A DNA stretch of 29,487 nucleotides, taken from NCBI GenBank assembly GCA_029856365.1, contig JAHQWW010000034.1:1-29487 (forward strand), in the 5' to 3' direction. Every line of letters begins with the position of its first letter. Within the stretch, counting starts at the first letter, position 1. A model generated the notes under the pieces. It was given only the letters and a program-made list of their open reading frames with translations. It was not told the DNA's origin and made no database searches. Shown here piece by piece: positions 1 to 8,789 of the stretch. The position numbers and the translations under genes are program-made. This DNA is from Candidatus Hodarchaeota archaeon (GTDB lineage: Archaea > Asgardarchaeota > Heimdallarchaeia > Hodarchaeales > Hodarchaeaceae).

Positions 1-656
1 CCTGAGTTGATCCAATCGGCTAAGGTGTTGTAATAAACTACCCCATATTCATGTTGCTTGAGGATTCCTGCAGAGTTAATAAATGCCACTGTTGGTATTG
101 AAGTAGCAGAAAAGGCCTCTCTTCCCGTATGATTGATATCAAGTCCTATAGTCCAAGTTATACCGTGGAGGTTTTTATATTCAGATAATATGCTGAGAGA
201 ATCATAATCAGCTACAGAAATAGAAAGAATTTGGACATTGGGGAAATTAGAGTGTATGGTTTTTAGTTCTCCAATCTGAGTTTTACATGGTGCACATTGT
301 GTTCCCATAAGGTCAAGTAAGATTGGTTTCCCAGCATAATCAGATAAACTTGCCTTTTGCCCATCTAAAAACTGAAACTTGAAATCCAGCTCTGCAGAAA
401 TAGTTCCCCCCTTGGGATTAGGTTGTGTCTGAGGATAAGTTCCTAATGAAAGGACACCTAGAGTCACTATCGAAAAAAAAGCAAGTACCATAATGATTTT
501 TGTTACAGATATTGAGGGAGATTGTGTGGAAGACATTTTGTGATGTTTTCCTTGTATTGTATCTAAGGAGGAGATTATATCATTTAACTTTTCACTCTGA
601 GACATCTCAGTTTCTTCAGAATTTTTCTGAGGTAGTTTTGTGGTTCTTCTTGCCAT
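1..656 (-). CDS. Membrane-anchored TlpA/ResA-family thiol-disulfide oxidoreductase (3' end runs off the window)
   Basis: Not in the ORF track; translated by hand: MARRTTK...KIIMVLAFFSIVTLGVLSLG (TM)...SLSDYAGKPILLDLMGTQCAPCKTQIGELK...ILSISV...WTIGLD...SIPTVAFINSAG. It has a CxxC (CAPC) and the cis-Pro IPT motif. No stop before position 1. Alternative starts include ATG 536. Confidence 0.85.
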   Translation of the reverse strand, partial: MARRTTKLPQKNSEETEMSQSEKLNDIISSLDTIQGKHHKMSSTQSPSISVTKIIMVLAFFSIVTLGVLSLGTYPQTQPNPKGGTISAELDFKFQFLDGQKASLSDYAGKPILLDLMGTQCAPCKTQIGELKTIHSNFPNVQILSISVADYDSLSILSEYKNLHGITWTIGLDINHTGREAFSATSIPTVAFINSAGILKQHEYGVVYYNTLADWINS

Positions 657-785
657 TAGTCCGCCTTCACTTCATTCTAAGATACTTTTTTCATCAGGTT
701 TTTTATTTTTCATGATCCAAAATATATAATCAAATAAATTGATATATATTATTCTTTAGTGGATAAATTCTTTTTACAATTACGA

Positions 786-812
786 TTTAAGTTCCCTGTG
801 TACGGTGTATAC
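786..812 (+). promoter_or_regulatory. Candidate TATA box (TTTAAG, 786-791) plus dyad operator GTGTAC-GGT-GTATAC (798-812)
   Basis: Lies in the divergent intergenic region upstream of the 890-7948 operon. A near-identical motif with the same TATA spacing occurs at 8555-8569. Confidence 0.55.
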
Positions 813-889
813 TAACTTTTTAATTCTCTTGAATTTTGTTTTAAATCAGAGTTCAAATCCAGTGTATGTATCTTGGTGATTCAGTAAGT

Positions 890-2896
890 ATGAGAAAGCA
901 TTATCAGACTTATTTCCTTCCTATATTGGTTTTTTTTATACTGATTTTACCCTGCATCAATATCAAATCTACATCTACCTTCCTAAAACCAAGAATAAAC
1001 ATAGATGATAATAATTTTTCGAATAGCTCTTCGCTCAAACTTCAACAAACAATTAATCCCAATAAAACCCTTTTACCAAGATCTAACTTTTCAGTCACAG
1101 AATTTCAGGATGGATTACCCAATTTCGCTTATAATGCTTCTATCCTTTCAATAAATGCGTCTCACTGGAAAGTCGAATGTAATTATTCACGAACAATGAA
1201 ATTTGGATCTTCTGAGACTTTTCCCAACGAATTCACTACTCCAGTAACTCGAGGAAGTCTCTATCACACCTACTACGCAAAAAATTATTATAACTGGTTT
1301 GGAGAAAGACAGGAAACATTTGATTACTGGATTAATACAACTGGCTTTTCCAAAGGATATGAGTATACAATTGGCCAATTGAACATGAGTGTACTTGATG
1401 AAGAGCCTATAAATTTGGTTAATATCGGAAACTTTCAAGCTTGGAAAGTTAATATGACTTTTTCTCAATATGTTGATCCTATGACTTATTGGTATTCTAA
1501 AGATGGTTTTTTTTTATGCCTATATTTTAAATATATTTCAATATTTTGGTATAATTTAACTACAATAGAGATTGCTGAACTCCCAACAAACTACAATGGG
1601 CCATTTCTTGGCCAAATGTCTCCTCAGAACAATTCTCATGTTGCTAATAGCTCAATCATAGATATCAAATTTCTTTCACCTTATGGTGTTGAAATCATTA
1701 ATTATCATTGGGATTCCTTTGAAAATACTACTTCAACTATTTTACAAACGACTATTCCATCTGAAAATGGTTCTCATGAGTTATTTGTAACCGTAAAAGA
1801 CAATATAGGTCTTTTTAATTATTTTTATTTTTCTTACTTCACTGATTATTCAATTCCAGGGATTTTTTTAGAAAATCTCAATAATAATAGCCATATTCAA
1901 GGATTCAGTCAGATAAGATTGTTAATTTACAATGGAAATGGCTCAATAATCTATAATTGGGATGGAAACGATAACGATACTATATCTGAGAATACACCGA
2001 TTGTTATTCCAAATAATGAGATAGTATATGAATTAAATGTCTATATTGATAATGGAGTTGCATGGGCCAGTAAAAGGTTTATTTTTACTGTAGATAACTC
2101 AGCACCATCCTTCTCCCTCCAGAACTTAGAAAATAATTCTGTTCTTAAAGGATCGGTCATTTTTCAAATAAGACCATCTGAAGATTGTAATCTTACCTTT
2201 AAACTAAACAATGTGCCAATTAATAGTTTTTTAGCGGAATTTAATGAATCTTACGAAGAAGAACTTCCAGAACTTGAAAATGGAACTCATCAACTAATTA
2301 TTTACGCAGTAGATGAAGCCCAAAATATTAACCAAACAAGAATAATGTTTTCTATTTATATAAGTGCATTTAACTGGAATTGGGATATAACAGCCGAGGT
2401 TCCTAAAACGATAAACTTCAATGATGCCTTGGGTAACCTCTGGTTTATTCTTACTATAACTTCATCAATTGATCAATATTTTAACCTTTCAGTTTCATCA
2501 GAGGATTCATTACCAATAAAAACAGAAAAGATGGAATATGTGATAAAATTCAATTGTGAAAAACCAGATGAAATTATTTTCATTACCCTAACATTCATTT
2601 TGCCTTCCAATACAAGTAAATTTCCTGTTTATCAATGGAAATATTGGGATATTCAATCGAGTCAGTGGGCTAATATTACTACTGTACATAATGAGGTCAC
2701 TAACAGTTGGGAAGCTACATTTGATGGTTATGTCCCATATTTTACTCTGATAAATACAGGCACAATGACTAGTGTAAAATCAATAACTCCTGGAGGTGGT
2801 GAAATTCCATCATTTGAGATTGTACCAGCTTTATTATCTTTGATTACAATATCTTTTATTGTCTATAGCAAAAGAAAATTAAGAAAACTCTCCTAG
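890..2896 (+). CDS. Secreted cell-surface glycoprotein: N-terminal beta-rich domain, three Ig-like repeats, PGF-pre-PGF-like domain, IPSF-TM-basic C-terminal anchor
   Basis: GGTGAT at 875-880 favours ATG 890 (the ORF is open from 866). Signal peptide MRKHYQTYFLPILVFFILILPC; repeats of the form NNS..Y.WD..NG.H.L.....D..N; many N-X-S/T sequons; ends GEIPSFEIVPALLSLITISFIVYSKRKLRKLS (PGF-/Loki-/Heimdall-CTERM-like). Confidence 0.8.
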   Translation: MRKHYQTYFLPILVFFILILPCINIKSTSTFLKPRINIDDNNFSNSSSLKLQQTINPNKTLLPRSNFSVTEFQDGLPNFAYNASILSINASHWKVECNYSRTMKFGSSETFPNEFTTPVTRGSLYHTYYAKNYYNWFGERQETFDYWINTTGFSKGYEYTIGQLNMSVLDEEPINLVNIGNFQAWKVNMTFSQYVDPMTYWYSKDGFFLCLYFKYISIFWYNLTTIEIAELPTNYNGPFLGQMSPQNNSHVANSSIIDIKFLSPYGVEIINYHWDSFENTTSTILQTTIPSENGSHELFVTVKDNIGLFNYFYFSYFTDYSIPGIFLENLNNNSHIQGFSQIRLLIYNGNGSIIYNWDGNDNDTISENTPIVIPNNEIVYELNVYIDNGVAWASKRFIFTVDNSAPSFSLQNLENNSVLKGSVIFQIRPSEDCNLTFKLNNVPINSFLAEFNESYEEELPELENGTHQLIIYAVDEAQNINQTRIMFSIYISAFNWNWDITAEVPKTINFNDALGNLWFILTITSSIDQYFNLSVSSEDSLPIKTEKMEYVIKFNCEKPDEIIFITLTFILPSNTSKFPVYQWKYWDIQSSQWANITTVHNEVTNSWEATFDGYVPYFTLINTGTMTSVKSITPGGGEIPSFEIVPALLSLITISFIVYSKRKLRKLS

Positions 2897-2916
2897 ATGT
2901 CCTGGATCGTATCGAA

Positions 2917-4614
2917 ATGAACTACAGATATCCCCCTCCTGATCTCTTGATTATCAATCGCGATAAAGTAATATTCAGCTCTGGAGTAGGAAAGCTAACA
3001 AAATATCCAGATATTTCTGGTACCCTTGCTAATGTGTTGACACTTTTTTCCCATAAAATTTTGAAGGGGGAACAAATTAACTTCATTAAATTTGACAACC
3101 ATAAAATGGTATTTCTAACATCTCAAAAACCTGAATTCCCATCACTTATAGCAGTAGTACTTGTACCTAGCGTGGTGAGTGCAAAACGAGCTATTCCTGT
3201 TATGAGAATTGTATTGAACTTAATGGAAGAATATTTGGAGGAAAAAATCCATGATGCCAAATTTCAACAGCTAGATTGTTTTAATAGAGTCATTAATTTT
3301 CCTTCTCAATCATTATTTCTTCTTCCAAAAACTGCTGAAGGAATTAGATCCGCTCTTGTTCTTTTAGCTAGTTTCGCTCATGATCTCCAAGTTAGTCTTG
3401 AAAAAGTAACTTCAAGAATGTTCTTTGTGGTCGAGGAAGACTACTTAGCAATTGAAAAAATAATTGATAAAGTTGAGAATCTTGGTGTCTTATCATTATT
3501 TCCATTACCTACCCATTTAAAGAACCCTGAGAATAAATTTTGTGAAATCGGGTACAAATCACCCATTCGACAGTTTTTCTCCGCAATACCTGAAGAAAAA
3601 CCGTTTCAAACTCTTGCGAGAATTTTCGGATCTCATTCTAATGCATTTAAAATGAAATCTTTCGTTGATAATGATGAAGCATTGGAAGTTATGCAATCAA
3701 TTGCCTCATTAGATAAAATATATGATGTTTTCGTACGGAATGAGATTCTTCTTAATACTATAATGAATCCAGGGCAAGACGTTGTAGCAACACTCTCTTC
3801 ACCTCTTTTAAAGAAAATGATGGAGATAGCTGAAAAAAAAGATCTTGTTCCTAGAAAAGTTACCGCAGAGCAATATAAATTGGATCAGATTGATGGGATC
3901 GTTAAGTTAAAAAATGTGGAGAGAGTATACAGGCTAGGAAATCAACAAATTTATGCTTTAAAGGATGTATCTTTAGATCTAGCTAGTGGACAACTTGTAG
4001 TAGTCTTAGGCCCATCTGGTTCAGGTAAAACCACTCTCTTGAACGTTATTGGAGGGATTGATAAGTGTAAGGGTACAATTAAAGTAGGTAATATCGAAGT
4101 TACAAAATTAAGTAAAAGGAAACTCACAAGATACCGACGCGAGAACTGTGGGTTTATCTTTCAATTCTTCAACCTAATACCTGTACTAAATGCTCTGGAG
4201 AATGTGGAGTATGCAGTAGAGTTATCGGAAAAAAGAAAAATGACGCAAGAAGAAGTAAGAGCGAGAACTGAAAAATATATCAGAAAGATTGGATTATGGG
4301 ATAAACGATTTTTGTTTCCATCTCAACTTTCTGGAGGAGAGCAACAACGTGTTGCTGCTGCACGTGCTTTTGCTAAAGAACCCGAAATACTGCTATGTGA
4401 TGAACCAACAGGGGAACTTTCAGTAAAAGAAGGTAAGAAAGTATTAGCTGTTATTCAAGAGATGATTAAAGACAGACCAAACCTCCTAGTTATACTTGTC
4501 ACACATAATCAAAAGATTTCTTTGATTGGAAATCGAGTAATCAGATTGCGATCTGGTAAAATAGATTCTATTACTTCTCAGACACCAACTCCTGCTAAGG
4601 AGATTACATGGTAA
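2917..4614 (+). CDS. LolD/MacB-type ABC ATPase fused to an N-terminal longin-like (plus possible DENN-like) region
   Basis: The NBD starts at about aa 328 (3898): Walker [11 protein letters not shown]-loop [15 protein letters not shown], Walker B LLCDEPT, VTHN. Residues 1-125 show a longin beta-beta-alpha-beta-beta-beta-alpha pattern by eye. The ATPase call is firm; the N-terminal fold is inferred. Confidence 0.85.
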   Translation: MNYRYPPPDLLIINRDKVIFSSGVGKLTKYPDISGTLANVLTLFSHKILKGEQINFIKFDNHKMVFLTSQKPEFPSLIAVVLVPSVVSAKRAIPVMRIVLNLMEEYLEEKIHDAKFQQLDCFNRVINFPSQSLFLLPKTAEGIRSALVLLASFAHDLQVSLEKVTSRMFFVVEEDYLAIEKIIDKVENLGVLSLFPLPTHLKNPENKFCEIGYKSPIRQFFSAIPEEKPFQTLARIFGSHSNAFKMKSFVDNDEALEVMQSIASLDKIYDVFVRNEILLNTIMNPGQDVVATLSSPLLKKMMEIAEKKDLVPRKVTAEQYKLDQIDGIVKLKNVERVYRLGNQQIYALKDVSLDLASGQLVVVLGPSGSGKTTLLNVIGGIDKCKGTIKVGNIEVTKLSKRKLTRYRRENCGFIFQFFNLIPVLNALENVEYAVELSEKRKMTQEEVRARTEKYIRKIGLWDKRFLFPSQLSGGEQQRVAAARAFAKEPEILLCDEPTGELSVKEGKKVLAVIQEMIKDRPNLLVILVTHNQKISLIGNRVIRLRSGKIDSITSQTPTPAKEITW

Positions 4615-4641
4615 TGAAGGATTAAGAAAGAGGCAAATCCT

Positions 4642-7188
4642 ATGACCAAAATTACTAAAAACATATTTCGTGCATTGAAAGCTCATAAAGCTCGTTTTTT
4701 TACCATCAGTATGGTGATAGCCATAGGTATAACCTCATTTAATGGGATGGTGACAGCTTTTGTGGTTATGACGAGAACTTATAACAATGCATTTGAAGAT
4801 TACAATATGGCAAGTTTCACAATGCAGACAGCAAATCCTGGAGGCTCTGGGGAAGATGCATGGATTGATTATAATAATTTAACAAGATACATGGATGAGT
4901 TTATGAATCAAGGAGAAGAAGAATCTAGTGTATTGACTTATGAATTAAGGATCGTTTATGACACAATATTTGAAATCCGCGGAACTCGTCAAAATGGTCG
5001 AATAGTCGCATATAGTACTTTTGATAAAAAGGGAAATTATCGTGAACAGCCCAATGTAAATGGATTTAAAATGCTTACTGGAGACCCATTTTCCGAAACA
5101 AGTCAGTACAGAAATGTGTGTTTGGTTGAGACACATCTTGCTACATATTGGAAGCTCGAACCACATGAATTCATTGCAGTGGGAGATAACGATGTCCCTT
5201 TTGAAATTCTCGGAACACTTGGTACTCCAGAGTATTTGATCAATATGGGTTCATATGCTGATATTATGCCTAGTCCTCGCCGTTTTGGTGTGGTTTACCT
5301 CCCCCTAAAAAGAGCTCAAGTATTGTTAAACGTCCCAGGTCGAGTAAATGAAATTTCTGTCCTTCTAAAAACTGATCTCTATACTCGCCAGCGAGAAACA
5401 ATAGCAGAGGACTTAAAGACCTTTCTTGAGGAAACTCACAACTTGAAATTAAGTGATCCCATTGATAGAGATAAACAGCCTGCATATTATTTACTCAAAT
5501 TGGATATTGAAGAAGCTCGTGAATTCGGATATGTTTTACCTATCATAATTCTTGTAATGGCAATGGGTGGATTATACGTACTTTTAGGGAGAATGGTTGT
5601 TGCTGAACGAAAAGATATTGGCGTCGCACAAGCTCTTGGTTATAGCCGCAGAACTATAATCCTTCAATATCTGGGAATAGCGATGATTGTCGCACTTGTA
5701 GGAACGATTATAGGATCCATATTAGGACTATTATTCCTAGATTGGTTTGGCCCATTGTACACACAAATGCTTACAATTCCTTTTGATCCCAAGGTTACTC
5801 TAGAGTGGCCAATACTCATAGTAGGATTCTTTTTAGGGATCTCTACAGGTTTTATTGGAGGATATTTACCTGTTCGTGGAGCAATCCAACCTCTTCCTGC
5901 AGAAAGCTTGAGGTTTGATCCATCATTGCATATTACGACTGGACGAGTACCTCTTGCTGAAAGAATTTTAAATAAATTCCGAATACACTTGAAAGTCACT
6001 GGTTACAAAATTCCAGTTAGGAATTTCTTTCGTAGTAAACGCAGAACCTTTTCTTCTGTTTTTGCAGTCATTGTATCGGTTTCGTTAATCTCAATGGTAT
6101 TTGGGATGATGGAATCGATGTCTTATGCGTTGGAATTTCAATATGAAGTAGCCGAGGATTGGGATTTACGAATTGATTATTCCGAGATACCTTCGAATGC
6201 TTCCGAAATCGCCAAAGCTATCAACAAAATTGATGGTGTGTCAAATGTAACATACCATCTTCTTTCAGGAGCGACTGTCACATCAAATCAATCGAAGATA
6301 AGTAAACAAATTCAATTAATTGGAATGAATGATTTTAATGGCTATATTGCTCATAAGTTTAATTTTGATGCTGGTACATTTGATCCAAATGGTGTTGTAT
6401 TGAGTCGTCCCATTGCTGAAAAACTAAAAGTATGGGAAAAGGACTATATATTACTTGAGATTCCCCGTCTTACAAAATTAGTAAGTTCAGCTCCATTAAG
6501 AGCACATTTTGAGATGGTGAATGTTTCATTTCCCATAACTGGAATTGTAGACGAATTCAATGGTTTAGTTGCTTATATAGGATTGAATAAGTTAATACAG
6601 GCAAGCAATTTTGATGATTTTGGTCAACCAGCTAATATTGTATTGATCAAAGTAGAAAATCCCACACCAACTCAATTAGATTCAATACGTAAAGAGATTT
6701 ATGCAAAATATAGTTATAATATAAGAAATATTTTTACTAAGGAAGAACAGAGTAGCGATTTTGCTGACCTTCTTGATCTAATTTATTTTATTATCTACAT
6801 TGTCGCAATATTTGCTGTAATTCTATCGTGTTCAATCGTATATAATACCATTTATATCAACTTACAAGAACAACAAAGGGAGATAGCTACCCTATTAACT
6901 ATTGGTACGCCCAATAGGCGACTTATCAGAAATGTTACAGTAGAAAATTTGATAATAACTATAATTGGGACGGTCTTAGGTTTAATCCTAGGATGGATCA
7001 TGTTATGGTTTTTCATGAAAGTCATTTTGGATTTGGAATTTTTTAGAATAAAATTATTCATAAGTAATGAAACAATTCTACTCTCATTTGGATTGACTTT
7101 GATTGGTGTTTTAGTGGCTCAATTCTTCCCTTTAAGAAGGGCTTTGAATCTGAATCTTGCAGAAGCAACTAAAGAACGTGTGATTTAG
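4642..7188 (+). CDS. Type VII ABC (MacB/LolCE/FtsX-like) permease, internally duplicated
   Basis: Two repeats of TM + large extracytoplasmic domain + 3 TM, with coupling motifs ERKDIGVAQALGYS and EQQREIATLLTIGTP. Confidence 0.92.
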   Translation: MTKITKNIFRALKAHKARFFTISMVIAIGITSFNGMVTAFVVMTRTYNNAFEDYNMASFTMQTANPGGSGEDAWIDYNNLTRYMDEFMNQGEEESSVLTYELRIVYDTIFEIRGTRQNGRIVAYSTFDKKGNYREQPNVNGFKMLTGDPFSETSQYRNVCLVETHLATYWKLEPHEFIAVGDNDVPFEILGTLGTPEYLINMGSYADIMPSPRRFGVVYLPLKRAQVLLNVPGRVNEISVLLKTDLYTRQRETIAEDLKTFLEETHNLKLSDPIDRDKQPAYYLLKLDIEEAREFGYVLPIIILVMAMGGLYVLLGRMVVAERKDIGVAQALGYSRRTIILQYLGIAMIVALVGTIIGSILGLLFLDWFGPLYTQMLTIPFDPKVTLEWPILIVGFFLGISTGFIGGYLPVRGAIQPLPAESLRFDPSLHITTGRVPLAERILNKFRIHLKVTGYKIPVRNFFRSKRRTFSSVFAVIVSVSLISMVFGMMESMSYALEFQYEVAEDWDLRIDYSEIPSNASEIAKAINKIDGVSNVTYHLLSGATVTSNQSKISKQIQLIGMNDFNGYIAHKFNFDAGTFDPNGVVLSRPIAEKLKVWEKDYILLEIPRLTKLVSSAPLRAHFEMVNVSFPITGIVDEFNGLVAYIGLNKLIQASNFDDFGQPANIVLIKVENPTPTQLDSIRKEIYAKYSYNIRNIFTKEEQSSDFADLLDLIYFIIYIVAIFAVILSCSIVYNTIYINLQEQQREIATLLTIGTPNRRLIRNVTVENLIITIIGTVLGLILGWIMLWFFMKVILDLEFFRIKLFISNETILLSFGLTLIGVLVAQFFPLRRALNLNLAEATKERVI

Positions 7189-7201
7189 GAGGAATAAGTA
7201 A

Positions 7202-7948
7202 ATGGCGTACATCACACTTGAGAATGTTGGAAAAAACTATATCTTAGGTGAAACCATGACTCAAGCTTTAGATGGAATTAACCTCAACATAGAATTAGGA
7301 GAACTTGTCGTCATCTTTGGGCCCTCTGGAGCTGGGAAAACAACACTTTTAAACATGATTGGTGGTTTGGATATTCCCACATCTGGCAAAGTGACTGTTG
7401 GTGAAATTTCCGTTTCGACTCTGTCCGCTAAATGGTTAACTATCTACAGGAGAAAGAAAGTTGGGGTAGTGTTCCAATTTTTTAACCTTATTTCTCGATT
7501 ATCAGCTTTGGAAAATGTTGAATATGCTCTAGAATTAGTAGGTGTAAAAAAAGAATCTAATGGTGGGGTCACTTTCGATTCCAAAGTGATTCGTAATACA
7601 GCTAAAGAATACCTTGATAAAGTAGGTCTTCACGATCGGATACATCATTTTCCAGCCCAATTAAGTGGGGGAGAACAACAACGAGTCGCCATTGCAAGAG
7701 CGCTTGCAAAAGAACCTGAAATCCTATTGGCCGATGAACCAACAGGGAATTTGGATTTTAAGATTGGAAGACAAGTTTTAGAAATAATGGAAGCCATGAC
7801 AGGGAAGAAATTAAATCGTACAGTGGTTATTGTGACCCATAATGAAGCCATTTGCCCATTAGGGGATAGAGTGATTCGATTGTCTGATGGTCGAATAGTA
7901 GAGGATTATACCCAAAAATTTACGCCTGCTGAAGAGTTATATTGGTAA
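7202..7948 (+). CDS. LolD/MacB-type ABC transporter ATP-binding protein
   Basis: [35 protein letters not shown]; GGAGG RBS; C-terminal tail PAEELYW. Confidence 0.95.
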   Translation: MAYITLENVGKNYILGETMTQALDGINLNIELGELVVIFGPSGAGKTTLLNMIGGLDIPTSGKVTVGEISVSTLSAKWLTIYRRKKVGVVFQFFNLISRLSALENVEYALELVGVKKESNGGVTFDSKVIRNTAKEYLDKVGLHDRIHHFPAQLSGGEQQRVAIARALAKEPEILLADEPTGNLDFKIGRQVLEIMEAMTGKKLNRTVVIVTHNEAICPLGDRVIRLSDGRIVEDYTQKFTPAEELYW

Positions 7949-7961
7949 TATAACTTGGTTT

Positions 7962-7987
7962 ATTAAAAATATAAAAAAAATAAAAAT
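7962..7987 (-). terminator. Possible oligo-T terminator for the RDD gene
   Basis: A-tracts on the + strand (T-tracts on the - strand) between convergent genes. Confidence 0.3.
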
Positions 7988-8024
7988 CCCCCCATATTCG
8001 GTTAAACTGCGATCAAATCTGATT

Positions 8025-8436
8025 TTAGAGACCCTCTGGTCGTTTATCTACGATTTTAACGACTTTTGTACCTCCACGCATGAAGAATAGTCGCTTAATA
8101 TGTGTAACAAATTTTCTTTTAGTATTTGAATTATCGTCATAGACTACATAGAGACCCATTATTATTTTTCCAACTGTTTGACCATTCGTAAAACTAGGAA
8201 CCAAGATGAAATAGACGAGAATGCTAAATATCAACATTAATAACAACATTAACCAATAAATTTCAGAAAATTCAATGTTTGGGAATATTAACGGTTTCCA
8301 AAGCATATTCCATTCTAATTCGACACCCCACTGACAAAACACAGTTAAAATCGCTACAATAACAAGATCGATAATAAGAGCTTATGAATCGAGGTCCAAT
8401 TGGACTGATTTCATATTCAATTCGTTCAGTTGACAT
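8025..8436 (-). pseudogene. RDD-family membrane protein, frameshifted (pseudogene or sequence error)
   Basis: GGTGA RBS then ATG 8436: MSTERIEYEISPIGPRFI. Removing one T at 8382/8383 continues the frame as ALIIDLVIVAILTVFCQW...VYFILVPSFTNGQTVGKIIMGLYVV, giving the R..A..ID and GQT.GK..MG..V RDD motifs (136 aa). Confidence 0.85.
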
Positions 8437-8542
8437 ATTACTCACCAATTTATAATTTTTTAATGATCTTTCTACATTTATTTGATTTTTGTAGGATGAA
8501 ATCCACTTCAGGTAGGATTGTACTCCTTTACAATAATGATTA

Positions 8543-8569
8543 TTAAATATTCTCGTGTACAGTGTGCAC
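8543..8569 (+). promoter_or_regulatory. Candidate TATA box (TTAAAT, 8543-8548) plus dyad operator GTGTAC-AGT-GTGCAC (8555-8569)
   Basis: Directly upstream of the RHH gene; second copy of the 798-812 motif. Confidence 0.6.
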
Positions 8570-8603
8570 AACCCCTTATATGTCATTCCAGAGGATGCTC
8601 TAT

Positions 8604-8789
8604 ATGCGGACATCAACAATAACTGTGCGACTACCGCTAAAGGTTTTACATGAAATTGAAAGGCTATCAGAAGTCACAAAATTACGTCCCTCCGTACTCT
8701 GTGCTTATGTGCTGCAAGATAAGCTACACGAATGGGTACGTGAATATGCAGAGAATATTTCTAAAAAAATAATAGGTGATCGCAAATGA
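8604..8789 (+). CDS. Ribbon-helix-helix (CopG/MetJ/Arc-like) DNA-binding protein
   Basis: GAGGA at 8591-8595 favours ATG 8604. MRTSTITVRLPLKVLHEIERLSEVTKLRPSVLCAYVLQDKL shows the alternating beta-strand (TITVRL), helix, turn, S-helix pattern. Confidence 0.8.
   Translation: MRTSTITVRLPLKVLHEIERLSEVTKLRPSVLCAYVLQDKLHEWVREYAENISKKIIGDRK

Noticed and set aside
500-715. 71 aa + strand ORF
   Set aside because: Antisense shadow of the TlpA gene's 5' end; no recognisable motif.
8272-8619. 115 aa - strand ORF
   Set aside because: Only the part from 8436 to about 8383 is real (RDD N-terminus). The rest spans the promoter region or is out of frame.
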